From: Octopus sinensis
Taxonomy: Eukaryota
DNA length: 64,000 bases
NCBI RefSeq assembly: GCF_006345805.1
Contig: NC_042999.1
Coordinates: 50,096,001 to 50,160,000 of the forward strand
Reading direction: 5' to 3'
The notes below the pieces were generated by a model. The model made no database searches and had not been told where the DNA came from. It saw only the letters and a program-made list of their open reading frames with translations. The position numbers and the translations under genes are program-made. Of the stretch, positions 1 through 12,269 are shown one piece after another (position 1 is the stretch's first letter; every line of letters starts with the position of its first letter).

Positions 1-165
1 GCAAAGTTTTTGTTGCTGTTTAACCTCGGGTCTCTTTTCCTGATTAGGAATACATATAATCAAATGCCTTTCCACCATGACCCTCTTGTCTTTTTAGTTA
101 TAATCTAAGATTGCATTAGCTAATGTCTCCTTTACGTGTAGTAGTAGTAGTAGTAGCAAATACTG

Positions 166-282
166 AAACCCTGGACAGGGGCTCACTGGGCTCATCTGTC
201 GATGAAGAGCGCGGCTATCCACGTGAACTGATGCGAATTGCAGGACTTAGTGAACATCGACACCTCGAACGCACATTGTGCT
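166..282 (+). pseudogene. Orphan 5.8S rRNA fragment, 3'-truncated
   Basis: Conserved 5.8S motifs in the correct order and spacing: GTCGATGAAGAGCGC, GAATTGCAGGAC, GAACATCGACAC, TCGAACGCACATTG. About 40 nt of the 3' end is missing. No ITS, 18S or 28S sequence in the flanks. Confidence 0.85.
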
Positions 283-934
283 GTTAAAATATCACATTCA
301 CTGCTTAGTATGTTCTATTTCTAATTAATTTTTATTTATGTTCAGGAGTTGTTTCCCTACCTTTTATCTTGATTTCATGAAAATTTGTTCAACAACAACC
401 CTTGAAAAACTTTTACAAATTTCACAGCTAAATAACATGTTTTAGAACTATTCCAGTCTTGCTGATGATGGGTTTCTGGTCTTTAGAATGATGAGAAGTG
501 AAAACTGGTTCCAGGATAACCATCACAAGGAAAATTACCCCAACATCAATTGCATTTCAATCAACCATTTCCATAAGACAATTGGTCCTGGATTGATACA
601 TTGCCTAAAGACCATTTTGATAATTAACACTTTCATTATGGTAATTTAGTTAATATACACTGATTTTGTCTTAATTAATTTTGAAAATGTTGAATAATTA
701 ATAAGATAACTTTATTTTTATTTGGTTAGTGATTAGAACATAAATTGATTTCACATTTTGACACAAGGCCAGCAATTTCATGGCAGAGAGTAAGTCAATT
801 ACATTGACTCCAGTACTCAATTGGTATTTATCATATTCACCTCAAAAGGATGAAAAGTATAGTCCACTTTGGCAGAATTTGAACTCAGAATATGAAGCTG
901 CAAGAAATGTTTAGCAGCATTTTGTTCCCAATGA

Positions 935-1105
935 AGGAGTAGCTGTGTGGTAAGTAGCTTGCTTACCAACCACATGGCTCCGGGTTCAGTTCCACTGCGT
1001 GGCACCTTGAGCAAGTGTCTTCTACTATAGGCTCAGGTCGACCAAAGCCTTGTGAGTAAATTTGGTAGACAGAAACCGAAAGAAGTCCGTCGTATATATG
1101 TATAT

Positions 1106-1160
<55 letters not shown>

Positions 1161-1378
1161 ATGTATGTGTGTGTGTTTGTGTTTGTCCTCCCCAACATCG
1201 CTGGATAACTGATGCTGGTGTGTTTACGTCCCCGTAACTTAGCAGTTCAGCAAAAGAGACCAATAGAATAAGTATTAGACTTACGAAGAATAAGTCCTGG
1301 GGTCGATTTGCTTGACAGAAGGCGATGCTCCAGCATGGCCACAGTCAATTGACTGAAACAAGTAAAAGAGTAAAGAGA
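935..1378 (+). mobile_element. tRNA-derived SINE family A with internal (TA)n/(GT)n tract
   Basis: Head GGAGTGGCTGTGTGGTAAG...GGTTCAGTCCCACTG, core GGCACCTTGGGCAAGTGTC, tail GACTGAAACAAGTAAAAGAG. Recurs many times in the window. Confidence 0.85.
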
Positions 1379-1448
1379 AAGAATGTGCGAATGATTCAGC
1401 CGGCTCACCACTTTGATTATAACATATATTAACATGAAATTTTGATAG

Positions 1449-1515
1449 GAGGTTTTAACATAGTTCCCTTTAAAACAAAATGTTTGTATCATAAAACCAC
1501 CAAGGGCAGTCTCAG
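1449..1515 (+). other. Candidate coding exon (G)GFNIVPFKTKCLYHKTTKGSL(R/S), unidentified
   Basis: TTTTGATAG acceptor, CAG|GTAAGT consensus donor, one open frame, non-repetitive sequence. No homology recognised. Confidence 0.25.
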
Positions 1516-2326
1516 GTAAGTTGATATCAAAAGGACTTAGAGAAAATTAAGATAAAGCACAATCATGGGTATGTAAATAAATACTAATAAAACTAATTAG
1601 GGTCTTAATTTTCATGGTTTATCGGTTATCCAAGGAGAATAATAATTCAGTTATATGATTTATATTCTTATGTCATTATAATTATACCACAAACATTGCA
1701 AACTGTGGTCTATGCACAAATACAGTAAATTGATAATTACAAAAATTAATTACTGCTTAATTAATAATTATCAGAGGGAATTTATCTGAGAGCAGTTGTC
1801 TTGATGTTATGAAAACCACATTGCTATGAACATTTAATTTCAGAATTTATCAGTCATTATCTGTTTCACAATCATAAGGTCTCCAGTTCAGTTCCACTGT
1901 AAAGCACCTTGGGCAAACATCTTCAATTATAACCCCAGATCAATCAAAGCCTTGTGGGTGGATTACATTCATAGAAACTCAAGGAAACCTGTCATGTTTA
2001 TGTGTGTGTGGTGTGTGTGTGTGTGTGCATGTGTGTGTGTGTCTGCTGTGTATGTGCATGTACATATGCATATGTGTGTGTAATATATATATATATATAT
2101 ATATATATAAACACATACATGCACACACACATATATATACATACATACACATACTTTTGCTAGATACATATGCACATACACAAACACACACACAGGCACA
2201 TACATATATATTTGTAAATAGTAAGGGATTACTACAAACATTTACCAGTTTGCTTTATACTTATAAAAAGAATTAAAGGTAATGCTATGCCACTTCATAA
2301 TAATATTTATTATTATTGTTGAGATG

Positions 2327-2389
<63 letters not shown>

Positions 2390-2499
2390 ACATATATATA
2401 TAGTTAATCCAAACAAGAAAGAACAAAAAACACAACAACGCGAGGACGTGGAACAAATATAGTATTATTGGACACTCAGGAAAGAAGGAAAGAAGGAGG

Positions 2500-2534
2500 G
2501 TTTAACGTTTCGAGCGGAGCTCTTCGTCGGAAAC
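2500..2534 (-). ncRNA. Minimal type I hammerhead-like motif (U4C variant) in a ~370-bp repeat (about 2402-2770)
   Basis: Minus strand: GUUU-CCGACGA-A-GAGC(UCC)GCUC-GAAAC-GUU-AAAC. Stems I and II pair fully and stem III is the palindrome ACGU. Confidence 0.5.
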
Positions 2535-2914
2535 ATAGGAGAAGGAAGATCCAGAGAAGGGAAGACAGAGAAAAAAAAAATTGCCAATGGTACACACGAG
2601 ACACACACATATATATTGATAGAAATGGTAAGACAACAAAAGAATGAAAGAGACCTTGATATTATGGAAATAGAGGAATTTATCTGTAAAAGTGATATGT
2701 GACAATTATTTGGCGCATGTACATGGATGTGTGAGTGCACATGTGTAGGTATGGACATGCACACTTACACGAATACTATGAACATTTTTACTCCCTTACC
2801 TTTACTTCCTCCCCTCACTTAGCAGTCATTCTAATAGCTCTTTTGTCTTAATAACAGTCAATCACACAGTAATTTCCCTCTGTTTAGTCATTATTTTCAT
2901 AGCAGTTTTTTGAT

Positions 2915-2985
2915 GGCTGGATAACTGAAGAGATGGCGCTGTGGGTTTCCACCCCGACATCTGAAACTTGGAGTTTTATCATGGC
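2915..2985 (+). ncRNA. Degenerate type I hammerhead-like motif with long stem II
   Basis: GAUAA-CUGAAGA-GAUG...GUGG(GUUU)CCAC...CAUC-U-GAAACU(UGG)AGUU-UUAUC. One extra nucleotide precedes GAAA. Confidence 0.45.
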
Positions 2986-3031
2986 TACTGAATAATTGTC
3001 ACATATTATATTTACAGATATATATATATGA

Positions 3032-3217
3032 GAATATGACTACAGAAAACAGTCTTCCATATTCTACCAACATGCCAAAGACCAACATGGAGGCATACTG
3101 GGTCGACTTGACATCCACATCTTATTCAAGCACCTGAAGGACCCAACACTCAGACAAGTACAGGAGTATGTCCTCACAAATGAAACAACCTCAGTACTAA
3201 ATAGGAAATGTACGTAG
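3032..3217 (+). mobile_element. Penelope-like element remnant, C-terminal part of GIY-YIG endonuclease
   Basis: Open frame EYDYRKQSSIFYQHAKDQHGGILGRLDIHILFKHLKDPTLRQVQEYVLTNETTSVLNRK resembles the PLE pattern S..H...H....KD...RQ..E......LN.K. Lies next to a hammerhead-like motif. Confidence 0.55.
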
Positions 3218-3289
3218 AAGATGGTTATACCCCAACACCTACAGTTTATACATACACAGGTAGATTTGTTATGTATGTATATATACACT

Positions 3290-3485
3290 GAAGCCTGATA
3301 TCTGGCAACTGACTTGGTAACCATCCACAAAATTATTAACCATCATGCCAACAACCACCTTGAGCACCTTTTTGAGCTCCACACACATGGAGTCAGAAAG
3401 TCAGAAAGCGGCACAGCTCCCTTGACTTTCGGAAACATTTTATCACACTCAAAGTTGCCCAAGCATGAAACAAACTACCTGCATC
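3290..3485 (+). mobile_element. CR1/L2-type LINE ORF2 3' remnant
   Basis: DLVTIHKIINHHANNHLEHLFELH...DFRKHFITLKVA; aligns by eye with the copy at 24600-24960. Confidence 0.65.
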
Positions 3486-3619
3486 ACATCCATATGCATG
3501 CACACATGTGTATCAAGACTCATACACTGTTCACTTTCCTGACTTTTGTACATAATTCTATGTACTGTACATGCCCCTTTGATGAGATGTAGTGAACCTG
3601 AGCACTAGACACAATAATT

Positions 3620-3621
<2 letters not shown>

Positions 3622-3653
<32 letters not shown>

Positions 3654-3685
3654 CATTATTATTATTATTGTTATTATTATTATTA

Positions 3686-3719
<34 letters not shown>

Positions 3720-3736
3720 CATCATTATTATTATTA

Positions 3737-3785
<49 letters not shown>

Positions 3786-3892
3786 CATTATTATTATTAT
3801 TATTGTTATTATTATTATTGTTGTTGTTGTTGTTATTAGTATTATTATTATCATTATTATTATTGTTATTATTATTATAATTATTATTATCA
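3622..3892. repeat. (ATT)n microsatellite
   Basis: Long imperfect ATT array; explains the poly-I, poly-N and poly-L ORFs. Confidence 0.95.
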
Positions 3893-4786
3893 TATATACA
3901 CACATGCATCTATAAATGTGTGTGTATGTGTATATGTATGTGTGTGTGTGTTTGTGTGTATGTCTGTGTGCATGCCTATATACACCTTTGTCATGATATC
4001 ATGTGGTGCTTGTAAGCCAGCACCATTATCATGCAAGCAATAATGTTCCTTTCCAGTCTTCCATGGAAAACACATGTTTGGTGGCTCTAGGGAAATATTA
4101 CTTTACTAGGAAACAGGTGAGGGCTGGAGATAAAAAGAGCATCCAGGTATAGAAAATATGCCTCAACAAATTCCATCTGATTCATGCAGACATGGAAAAG
4201 TGGACAGTAAATGATGATAATGACAATGATGATGATGATATTAGCAGGGAGTGGGAGGCATGCCATGAAGGGTAGCAAGCTCAACACTTCTTCATGTTAT
4301 GCTCAAGTTCAATTGGGATTCAATATGTCATTTTCTCATTTATTTGCCAAAACTGACAGAATGATTACAATATTTTCTCTTTAAGTTTCTATATCTGTTT
4401 TGTCTAGGTTTTGAAATAGGTTGGATACGGATGCAAATCTAGATATTACATATACTATGAGAACAATATTTGATAGCTAATTAATTTCAGCAGCTCAGTC
4501 ATGATTTAGAAGTGGTGTTTGTCTTCCAGCAAAGTAGACAGAGAAACAAGTATGATAGTGTACTTTCTTTGTAGAAAGTATGACACTATTATAGCTTAGT
4601 TTATATAATTAGGGCATCCTATTTAATGTGTCTAAAATTTAGCTGTTCTTTTATGTTTAATAGAAAAGTTTAACAATAAAAAAATCATTATGTTATTTAG
4701 TTTGAGAAAGGAAGATTCTTAATGATCAACATTTTTATTCACAATAAATTAATAATAATAATAATGATAAAAAAATTCTAAAAAAA

Positions 4787-5560
4787 GATGGCTGCAGATG
4801 ACTAAATGCGATTTAAAACTGGAAACGGAGGCTCTAATCTGTGCTGCCCAAGAGCAACCACAAAGAACAAACTACATAAAATACAGAATAGACAACACAT
4901 CAGAAAGTGATAAGTGCAGAATCTGTGGACAAAACAGTGAAACCGTATGGCATATTACCAGCCAATGTATGCCACTAGCCCAGAAAGAATATACAAGATG
5001 TCATGACAATATAGCCAGGCTCGTCCATTGGACACTCTGCAACAAGCATGGACTTGATAGAGTAAAAAATTGGTACGACCACAAACCTGAAGGCATTGTT
5101 CAAAATAGAAATGCAAAGATCCTATGGGATTTTATGATTCAGTGTGACCATGAGATTGAGAATAGGAAGCCGGACATAGTCTTAATTGAGAAAGAAAACA
5201 AACTATGCTGGATCATAGATATAGCATGCCCAACTGACAACGAGGTATGCGATAAGGAAGAAAGAAAAGTCAAGAGATATGACAGGTTAGGTTGGGAAGT
5301 TAAGCAGTTGTGGTCGATGAAAAAGGTTGCAGTAGTACAAATAATTGTCGGAACCCGGGGAACAGTGAGCAAAAATTTCAAGAAGTACATGGAACAGATA
5401 GGGGCTGCAATAAGGGTGGAGCACCAGTAGAAAACAGCACTGCTTGGAACTGCTCGAATACTCCGGAAGGTGCTCAAAAAATAAGAGCTGTTACCTTAGT
5501 TCACTGGTAGTGAACAGCTGACACTATAGTACATCTCCAGTGTTAGAAGCTGTGCAAAGG
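4787..5560 (+). mobile_element. Dong/R4-like non-LTR retrotransposon, 5'-truncated, CCHC knuckle plus restriction-like endonuclease
   Basis: ORF 4798-5430: CRICG..ETVWHITSQC, HDNIARLVHW, RKPDIVLIEK, IIDIACP, KVKRY. After one stop it continues KTALLGTARILRKVL. Flanked by (TAA)n/(CAA)n. Confidence 0.85.
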
Positions 5561-5848
5561 CAACAACAACAACAATAATAATAATATCCAATTGTGGCAC
5601 AAGACCAGGAGCTTCAGGGGAGAGGCTAAGTCAATTGCAGTGACTCAAGAGCTTAACTGGTACCTATTTTATCGACCCCATAAGGATGAAAAATAAAGTC
5701 AATCCTGATGGCATTTGAATTAAGAATATAAATTTGGAAGCGATGCCAATAAGCATTTTGTCTTGCATGGTAACGATTCTGCCAGATTACCATTTAAAAA
5801 AAAAAATAAATAAATAAAATAATAATTATAATAATAATAATAATAATG

Positions 5849-6030
5849 AGAAGTACATGGAACAAATAGGGGCTGCAATAAGGGTGGAGCGCTTGCAGAA
5901 AACAGCACTACTTGGAACTGCTCAAATATTCCAGATGGTGCTTGAAATATAAAGGATGTTACCTTAGTTCACTGGTAGTGAACAGCTGGCACCATGGTAC
6001 ATGTCCAGCGATAGAAGCTGTGCAAAGACA
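5849..6030 (+). mobile_element. Second Dong/R4-like 3' fragment
   Basis: Near copy of 5381-5560 (KYMEQIGAAIRVERLQKTALLGTA plus 3' UTR), between (TAA)n runs. Confidence 0.8.
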
Positions 6031-6414
6031 ATAAATATTAATAATAATAATAGTTTCAAATTTTGGCACAAGGCCAGCAATTTTGGGGGAATGGTAAATC
6101 AATTACATCAAACCCAGTGCTCATCTGGTACTTATTTCACTGGCCCTGTAAAGATGGAATTTGAACCCTGAACATAATGACAGAGGAAATGCTGCTAAGG
6201 AATTTTTGTGATGTGCTAATGATTTTACCAGCACGTATTTGGCATACTCTATGTAGAAGAATGAGAAAGAAAATCATTAAAGAATTCCCTATAGTACTTC
6301 TCTTGACATTTCAAAGCAACTTCATAAGTCACATTCAAAGATTCGCATATTAAATCTGCTGAGTTTTCAATTTGACAATTTGATTTTTACTATCTTCTTT
6401 AGTTGCCTCTCATT

Positions 6415-6419
<5 letters not shown>

Positions 6420-6490
<71 letters not shown>
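6420..6490. repeat. (TA)n microsatellite
   Basis: Perfect TA run. Confidence 0.95.
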
Positions 6491-6494
<4 letters not shown>

Positions 6495-8596
6495 TGTATC
6501 TATGTATTTTATTTTATATTATTTATTATTTGTTAATACTATTGTCTGCTCTTTGTTACTGCTAGTTCTAACCACTCAATATAGTATCTTTATTCATTAT
6601 AGAGGGTGACAGAATATATGATAGATTATTCATAGCAAAGACAATAATTTATTTTAACAACATCTCTTCCCACTCACGCAGGCACATACGTTGTAGACAA
6701 TCTGGAGCCATGCTCGGATATTTAAGCTGCAATCCAAAAATATATACAGTTATTCAGCCCAAGACATTGTATGTCTATTAATAAAGTTATTTTAAGCAAA
6801 TCAATTGATTTATCCTTCTCTACTGCTCACAACCAATTCAAAAAAAAAAGCTGAAAAGAACCATCATTAAAGATTTAGCTATTGATAAGAAATGAACAAT
6901 GGAAAAACAGTAACTGTGCAAAATATTGGTAGTAAACAACTGTAGATGAACCACTTAAATTAATAAGCAATTTCGAAACGGACAGTTTATTTAGTCAAAT
7001 ATGATTGTTCTCTTTTTCGAACCATATTGATATATTCCTTTTAAATTAATTAATTAATTGATTAATTGATTAATTGATACTACTTTTAGTGGTAAATATT
7101 TGTTTTTAACAAAAAAAAAAAAATTTTTTTTTTTAAATCTGCAATTCTTCTATTAGAAATTTTTATCCTTTACTACCTCTTTTCCCAGTTACTCAGAAAG
7201 AGGAGCTGTTGAAAAATGTAGTTAGATTTCATTTGGATAAGGAGAGAATGATAAAATGGTTGCTTCTGTTGGTGGTAGTGGTGGTGATGGTGGTGGTACT
7301 ATTGCTAATCGATGGTACTGTTGCTTATTTACAGAAAGAATCATCATCATCATCATCATCATCACTGTCACCTTCATCACCATCACTATCATCATCATCA
7401 TCATCATCTTTGTTGTCATCAACATCAGCATTTTACACCTACTTTTCAATATTGGCATGAGTTGGATGTTTCTGTTTCGTTTTTCTGAGGTAGTATTTTA
7501 TGTCAGATTCTGATTTTTTTTTTTTTTTCACAGTTGTCATGTCTTTTAGTTACTTCTTCCAGCATGCAGTGATATGATGTACCTACTCCAAAATTAGGAT
7601 ACACACAGTAAAAATACTGCAGATGACTTCTTTTTAGAAAGCAAGCCTGATACACTTTTGACCATAAGTCAATCAGATCTGACTTGGAGGTTAAACAATA
7701 CGAGGAACTCGAAGAAAACCTAAATACAACATTTATGTCAAATGTAATTCATGAGGTCACAAATGCTTGAAATCTGGGACATAATGCAGTCCTTGGGCCT
7801 ATCGGATCCTGTTAAATTGATAAACCCAGGCCAGTATAGAGCACAGGTATAAAATGGTGGTGGTGGTTGGCGTGTGTGGGTGTGTGCGAGTGTATGTGTG
7901 TGTGTGTGTGTGTGAGTGTAAATGTATTAATTTTTACTTCTCTGAAAATTGCAAGCTAAAAGCAGTGATGTCACCATCTCCCCTATCAAGGAATCAGCTG
8001 CTGGATCTGTACTTTCAAAGATGTTGGCAATAAGAGAGCTCCTACTTGAAAAATAGATAAGCATTAAAATCAGGAAGGATATGCATCTTTAAAAAGCAAC
8101 ACTTCAATATTCTATTCATCTAACAATATTCCATTCATCTAACCAAGGAAAAACTGATGTAAAAAAGGAATGAAATATGCTATTTCCTCATTTCTTGAAT
8201 CATTTCTATCATATCATCTCTTCCATGTTGCCTGTATTTTTCAAAATTTTTCATTTGTTATATTTCCCTAATTCTTGCTGATGTTGAAATTCTTTATTTT
8301 AATAGTTTAAATTAACTTCTATAATCTTTTATTTGTTTCAGTCATTGGACAGTGGCCATTCTGGGGCAACACCATGAAGGGTTTAGCTGAACAAATCAAC
8401 CCCAGTACTTGTTTTTTGTTTTAAGTTTGGGACTTATTCTGCTAGTCCCTTTTGCCAAACTGCAAAGTTAGGGGGATATAAACAAACCAACACCAATTGC
8501 CAAGCATAAGTGAAGCCACAAATACAGACACAAAGACACTCACTCACATATATACATACATATGTACATAAGTACATATATATATATATGTACTTC

Positions 8597-8960
8597 CTAA
8601 CGCCAACCACTCTGTGAGTGTAGTGGGTGCATCTTACATGCCACCAGCACAGAGGCCAGAGGAGGCTGGCAATGACCACAATTAGTTGGTGCTTTTTACA
8701 TGTCAGTGGCACAGATGCCAGTCAAGGCGGCGCTGGCATTGGCCATGTTCGGATGGTGCTGTTTATGTGCCACCGGCACGGGTATCACAACTATTATTTC
8801 CAATTGATTTTTATTTTGATGTTGATGTACTTGACTCAATAGGTCTCCTCAAGCACAGCAGGTCACCCTATGATCCAAGGTTAGCGCATAAGGCCATCCG
8901 GCGAGCCATGAACTCACTTCATTTGTTGGGTCTTCGCAGTCACAGCATATCTCATGTTAT
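8597..8960 (-). mobile_element. RTE 3' UTR fragment
   Basis: Repeated GGTGCT(T/G)TTTA(C/T)(A/G)TGCCACC units as at 29885-30065. Confidence 0.7.
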
Positions 8961-9513
8961 TTCATAATATAAGTTCTCAATTTCTTTAGTAATTTCCATA
9001 AAAATCTAACACTGAGGCACTAGTCTATATAAATATATAAAATGAGGCACATATTGATTGGTAGAGTATAAGAAAACTTTAACTAACACAAAATTTGTTT
9101 CTGTTTGACTAAAACAGGCTGCTTCTTTTATTATATTTATTTATTTCTTCAGTCAAAAGAAAGTAAGAATATGGAGATATAACATTTAATGAAAATTCAT
9201 TATCTGCAAAACTCAAACATGGTCCCTTACAGCTTCAATTAAGCCTAATAGATTAAAGAGCAATTAATAAAATCATTATATTAGACAAAATCTCATCAGA
9301 GGAGTAGAAAAAAGATATACCATTAGGTCTTTAAGTGTTGTATTTTAGAATCATCAAAGTAGACCAAGTTTTATTATATGGCTAATTTAACCTCTAATTG
9401 TATTTATTTCTTCATTTGTTTATTGCAAACCATGGTGAGGAGTATTAATATAACTCTAGTCTCTGTGATAAGGAGCAATAAGTTATAAATGGCTGACATC
9501 CAATGTTATAGAC

Positions 9514-9854
9514 CACTGGTTCTCAACCATTCTTTTGTCTATGGAACCCTTTGATTCCTATTTTACTTGGGTGAACCCTCATAGCCATTCAATGTTTAAA
9601 AAATCCTGTTATATTTTTATAATTAAATATTAAGAACATACTTTTATCCTTTTATTTGTTTCAGTCATTTGGCTGCGGCCATGTTGGAGCACTGCCTTTA
9701 CTCGAAGAAATCAACCGCAGGATTTATTCTTTGTAAGCCTTGTACTTATTTTATCAGCTCCTTTTGCTGAACTGCTAAGTTACAGGGATGTAAACACACC
9801 AACATTGGTTTCCAAGCAATGATGGGGTGACAACACAGACACACTAACATATAC

Positions 9855-9900
<46 letters not shown>

Positions 9901-9919
9901 GTATATATATGTATATATA

Positions 9920-9992
<73 letters not shown>

Positions 9993-10257
9993 CAATGGGC
10001 TTCTTTCCATCTACCAAATCCACTCATAAGGCTTTGGTTGGCCCAAGGCTATAGTAGAAGACATTTACCCAAGGTTCCATGCAGTGGGACTGAACTCAGA
10101 ACCATGTGGTTGGTAAGCAAGCTTCTTACCACACAGCCACACCTATGCCTGTTTAAAATAGTGTTAAAATATTTTGTGCATTGTAGAAATGTAATTTATT
10201 TACTGCATATTCATTTTAACAACAAAATCTTATATAGACTCTGGTTGAGACCCACTG
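9514..10257. mobile_element. hAT-like MITE interrupted by SINE A (9641-10144, minus)
   Basis: TIRs CACTGGTTCTCAACC and GGTTGAGACCCACTG; degenerate 8-bp flanks TTATAGAC / TTTAAGAA. Confidence 0.55.
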
Positions 10258-10896
10258 TTTAAGAAGAATATCAATATGGAAAGATGTTTACATTTGTTTC
10301 ATGTACATAACCACACCTTTACTTTCTCTCCTGGATTAATTTTGTTTCGAATTTTGACACAAGGCCAGTAATTTTGGTGAAGGAGTAAGTCGATTACATC
10401 AACACCAGGTACTTGACTGGTACTTATTTTATCAACCCCGAAAGAATGAAAGGTAAAGTCAACCTCAGTGGAATTTTGAACTCAGAGTGTACGGATGGAG
10501 AAAATACTGTTAAGCATCTTGCCTGGCATCCTAACGATTCTGCCATCTCGCCACCTTATTTTGGATTAATTTGGATAAGCTATTATGGCGGGTAATCATA
10601 GTTCATTAGCCATCACTCATCAGTAACTCTAACTTATTTCACCAAAACACTACAAAATGTTTTGCAACTAGAAAGGAAAAAATAAAAAATCACTAATTCT
10701 AATGTATGGAAATATGTATGTTGGAATAGCAGTGCTAACAAGGTTTTTCTTTCTAATAATATAAGAATATTCAAACTTTACTAAATGTACTGATTTTCTT
10801 TCATTTTTGTTTTATCTTGCTTATTTGACAATTAAAGTCTTTCTCTATATGTATATATCATCATCATTGTTTAACATCCGTTTTCCATGCTAGCAT

Positions 10897-11296
10897 TCTC
10901 TCATTTACTCTTTTACTTGTTTCAGTCATGTGACTGTGACCATGCTGGAGCACCACCTTTAGTCGAGCAAAGCAACCCCAGGACTTATTCTTTGTAAGCG
11001 TAGTACTTATTCTATCGGTCTCTTTTGCCGAACCGCTAAGTTACAGGGACGTAAACACACTAGCATCAGTTGTCAAGCAATGTTGGGGAGAACAAACACA
11101 GACACATAAACATATACACACGTATATATACATATATACGACAGGCTTCTTTCAGTTTCCATCTACCAAATCCACTCACAAGGCTTTGGTCGGTCCAAGG
11201 CTATAGTAGAAGACACTTGCCCAAGGTGCCATGCAGTGGAACTGAACCAGGATCCATGTGGTTGGTAAGCAAGCTACTTACCACACAGTCACTCCT
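10897..11296 (-). mobile_element. SINE family A
   Basis: Reverse complement of the 935-1378 pattern. Confidence 0.85.
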
Positions 11297-11299
11297 ACA

Positions 11300-11335
<36 letters not shown>

Positions 11336-12234
11336 AAAAGAGTGAGAGGGGTTGATAGGAGAGAGGGATCTTTAATAAAGATATCAAAGGAATGATATAT
11401 CTAACTCTTGCTGACATGAGTTTGTTATATTAGTTCAACTTTATTACTGTCACTCTTATTGTACATTGTTGGTTATCATAGAAACTTAGATATAAGTAAT
11501 TTGATTTGTTTGTTTCAGGATTTTTTTTAATGTTTTCATATTTCAACTTCTTTTTTGTTTTCATTGTTTACTTGTTTGGAGATTATATTCACAAAATATA
11601 CTGCAACAAACAGTATTTATTTTTTCAACACAAATTGCTAAAAGCTGAAACAATATATAAGATTTTGCTGTGTTGTTAATTTTCATCAGCTTTACTTTTA
11701 GCTGTCCACTTTTTGCAAAAGTCACTCAACTTCAAAGGAAAGACAACATAGTATTTTCACTTGTGAAGTTTATAGTTTCAATTTAACATTGGGCATAAAA
11801 TTTTGTAACTAATCTCATAATGTAAAAGTCACTTAAATCTGTTCTTGTTGTATGGTTGCATGGTTAAGAAGTTTGCTTTGTAGCTGTGTGGTTTCAAGTT
11901 TAATTCCACTTTAACGAATCTTGGATTAACACTCTAGCATTCAGATTTCTCTGTCGCATGTAGAACTTGTAGTGGATCCTGCATGCATGAAGTGGGTTCA
12001 ATCCACCATAGCCAAATTTAAATTAACACTGCAACAGAACTTTTCCCATGGTGGAACAATGGTTTTTCTCTGACAGCAGTTTTACATTTTCCAGATGCCT
12101 TTAGCTAGACTGAAATAATGTCTTCACCGCTTGACCCTTTCTAACCTCTTCTACTTCACCAAAGGCTAGAATAGAGATAACAAGACCACCACCTAAATCT
12201 ATTGTTCTTAAATATGTCTATCCTTCTGGATAGT

Positions 12235-12269
12235 TATAAAAGCAAGCATACCCCAAGCAAAAATCAGTT
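12235..12269 (+). promoter_or_regulatory. TATA box plus Inr-like pair, possibly within an old LTR
   Basis: TATAAAAG at 12235 and TCAGTT at 12264 (A+1 is 31 nt from the first T). No LTR ends or TSD established. Confidence 0.25.

Noticed and set aside
346-650. About 100-codon plus frame with a single stop after a strong acceptor
   Set aside because: No usable donor, no recognisable motif, and the 3' part overlaps a MITE remnant.
935-1010. tRNA genes at SINE heads
   Set aside because: A/B-box-like motifs without a complete cloverleaf, always followed by SINE bodies.
3520-3915. Poly-Asn, poly-Ile and poly-Leu ORFs (also 49474-50020) and all YI/HT/CV-rich ORFs
   Set aside because: Translations of (ATT)n, (TA)n and (CA)n microsatellites.
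9153-9162. Microexon candidate with strong splice signals (a similar 9-nt case lies near 59711-59719)
   Set aside because: 10 nt is frame-shifting, and such matches are expected by chance in AT-rich DNA.
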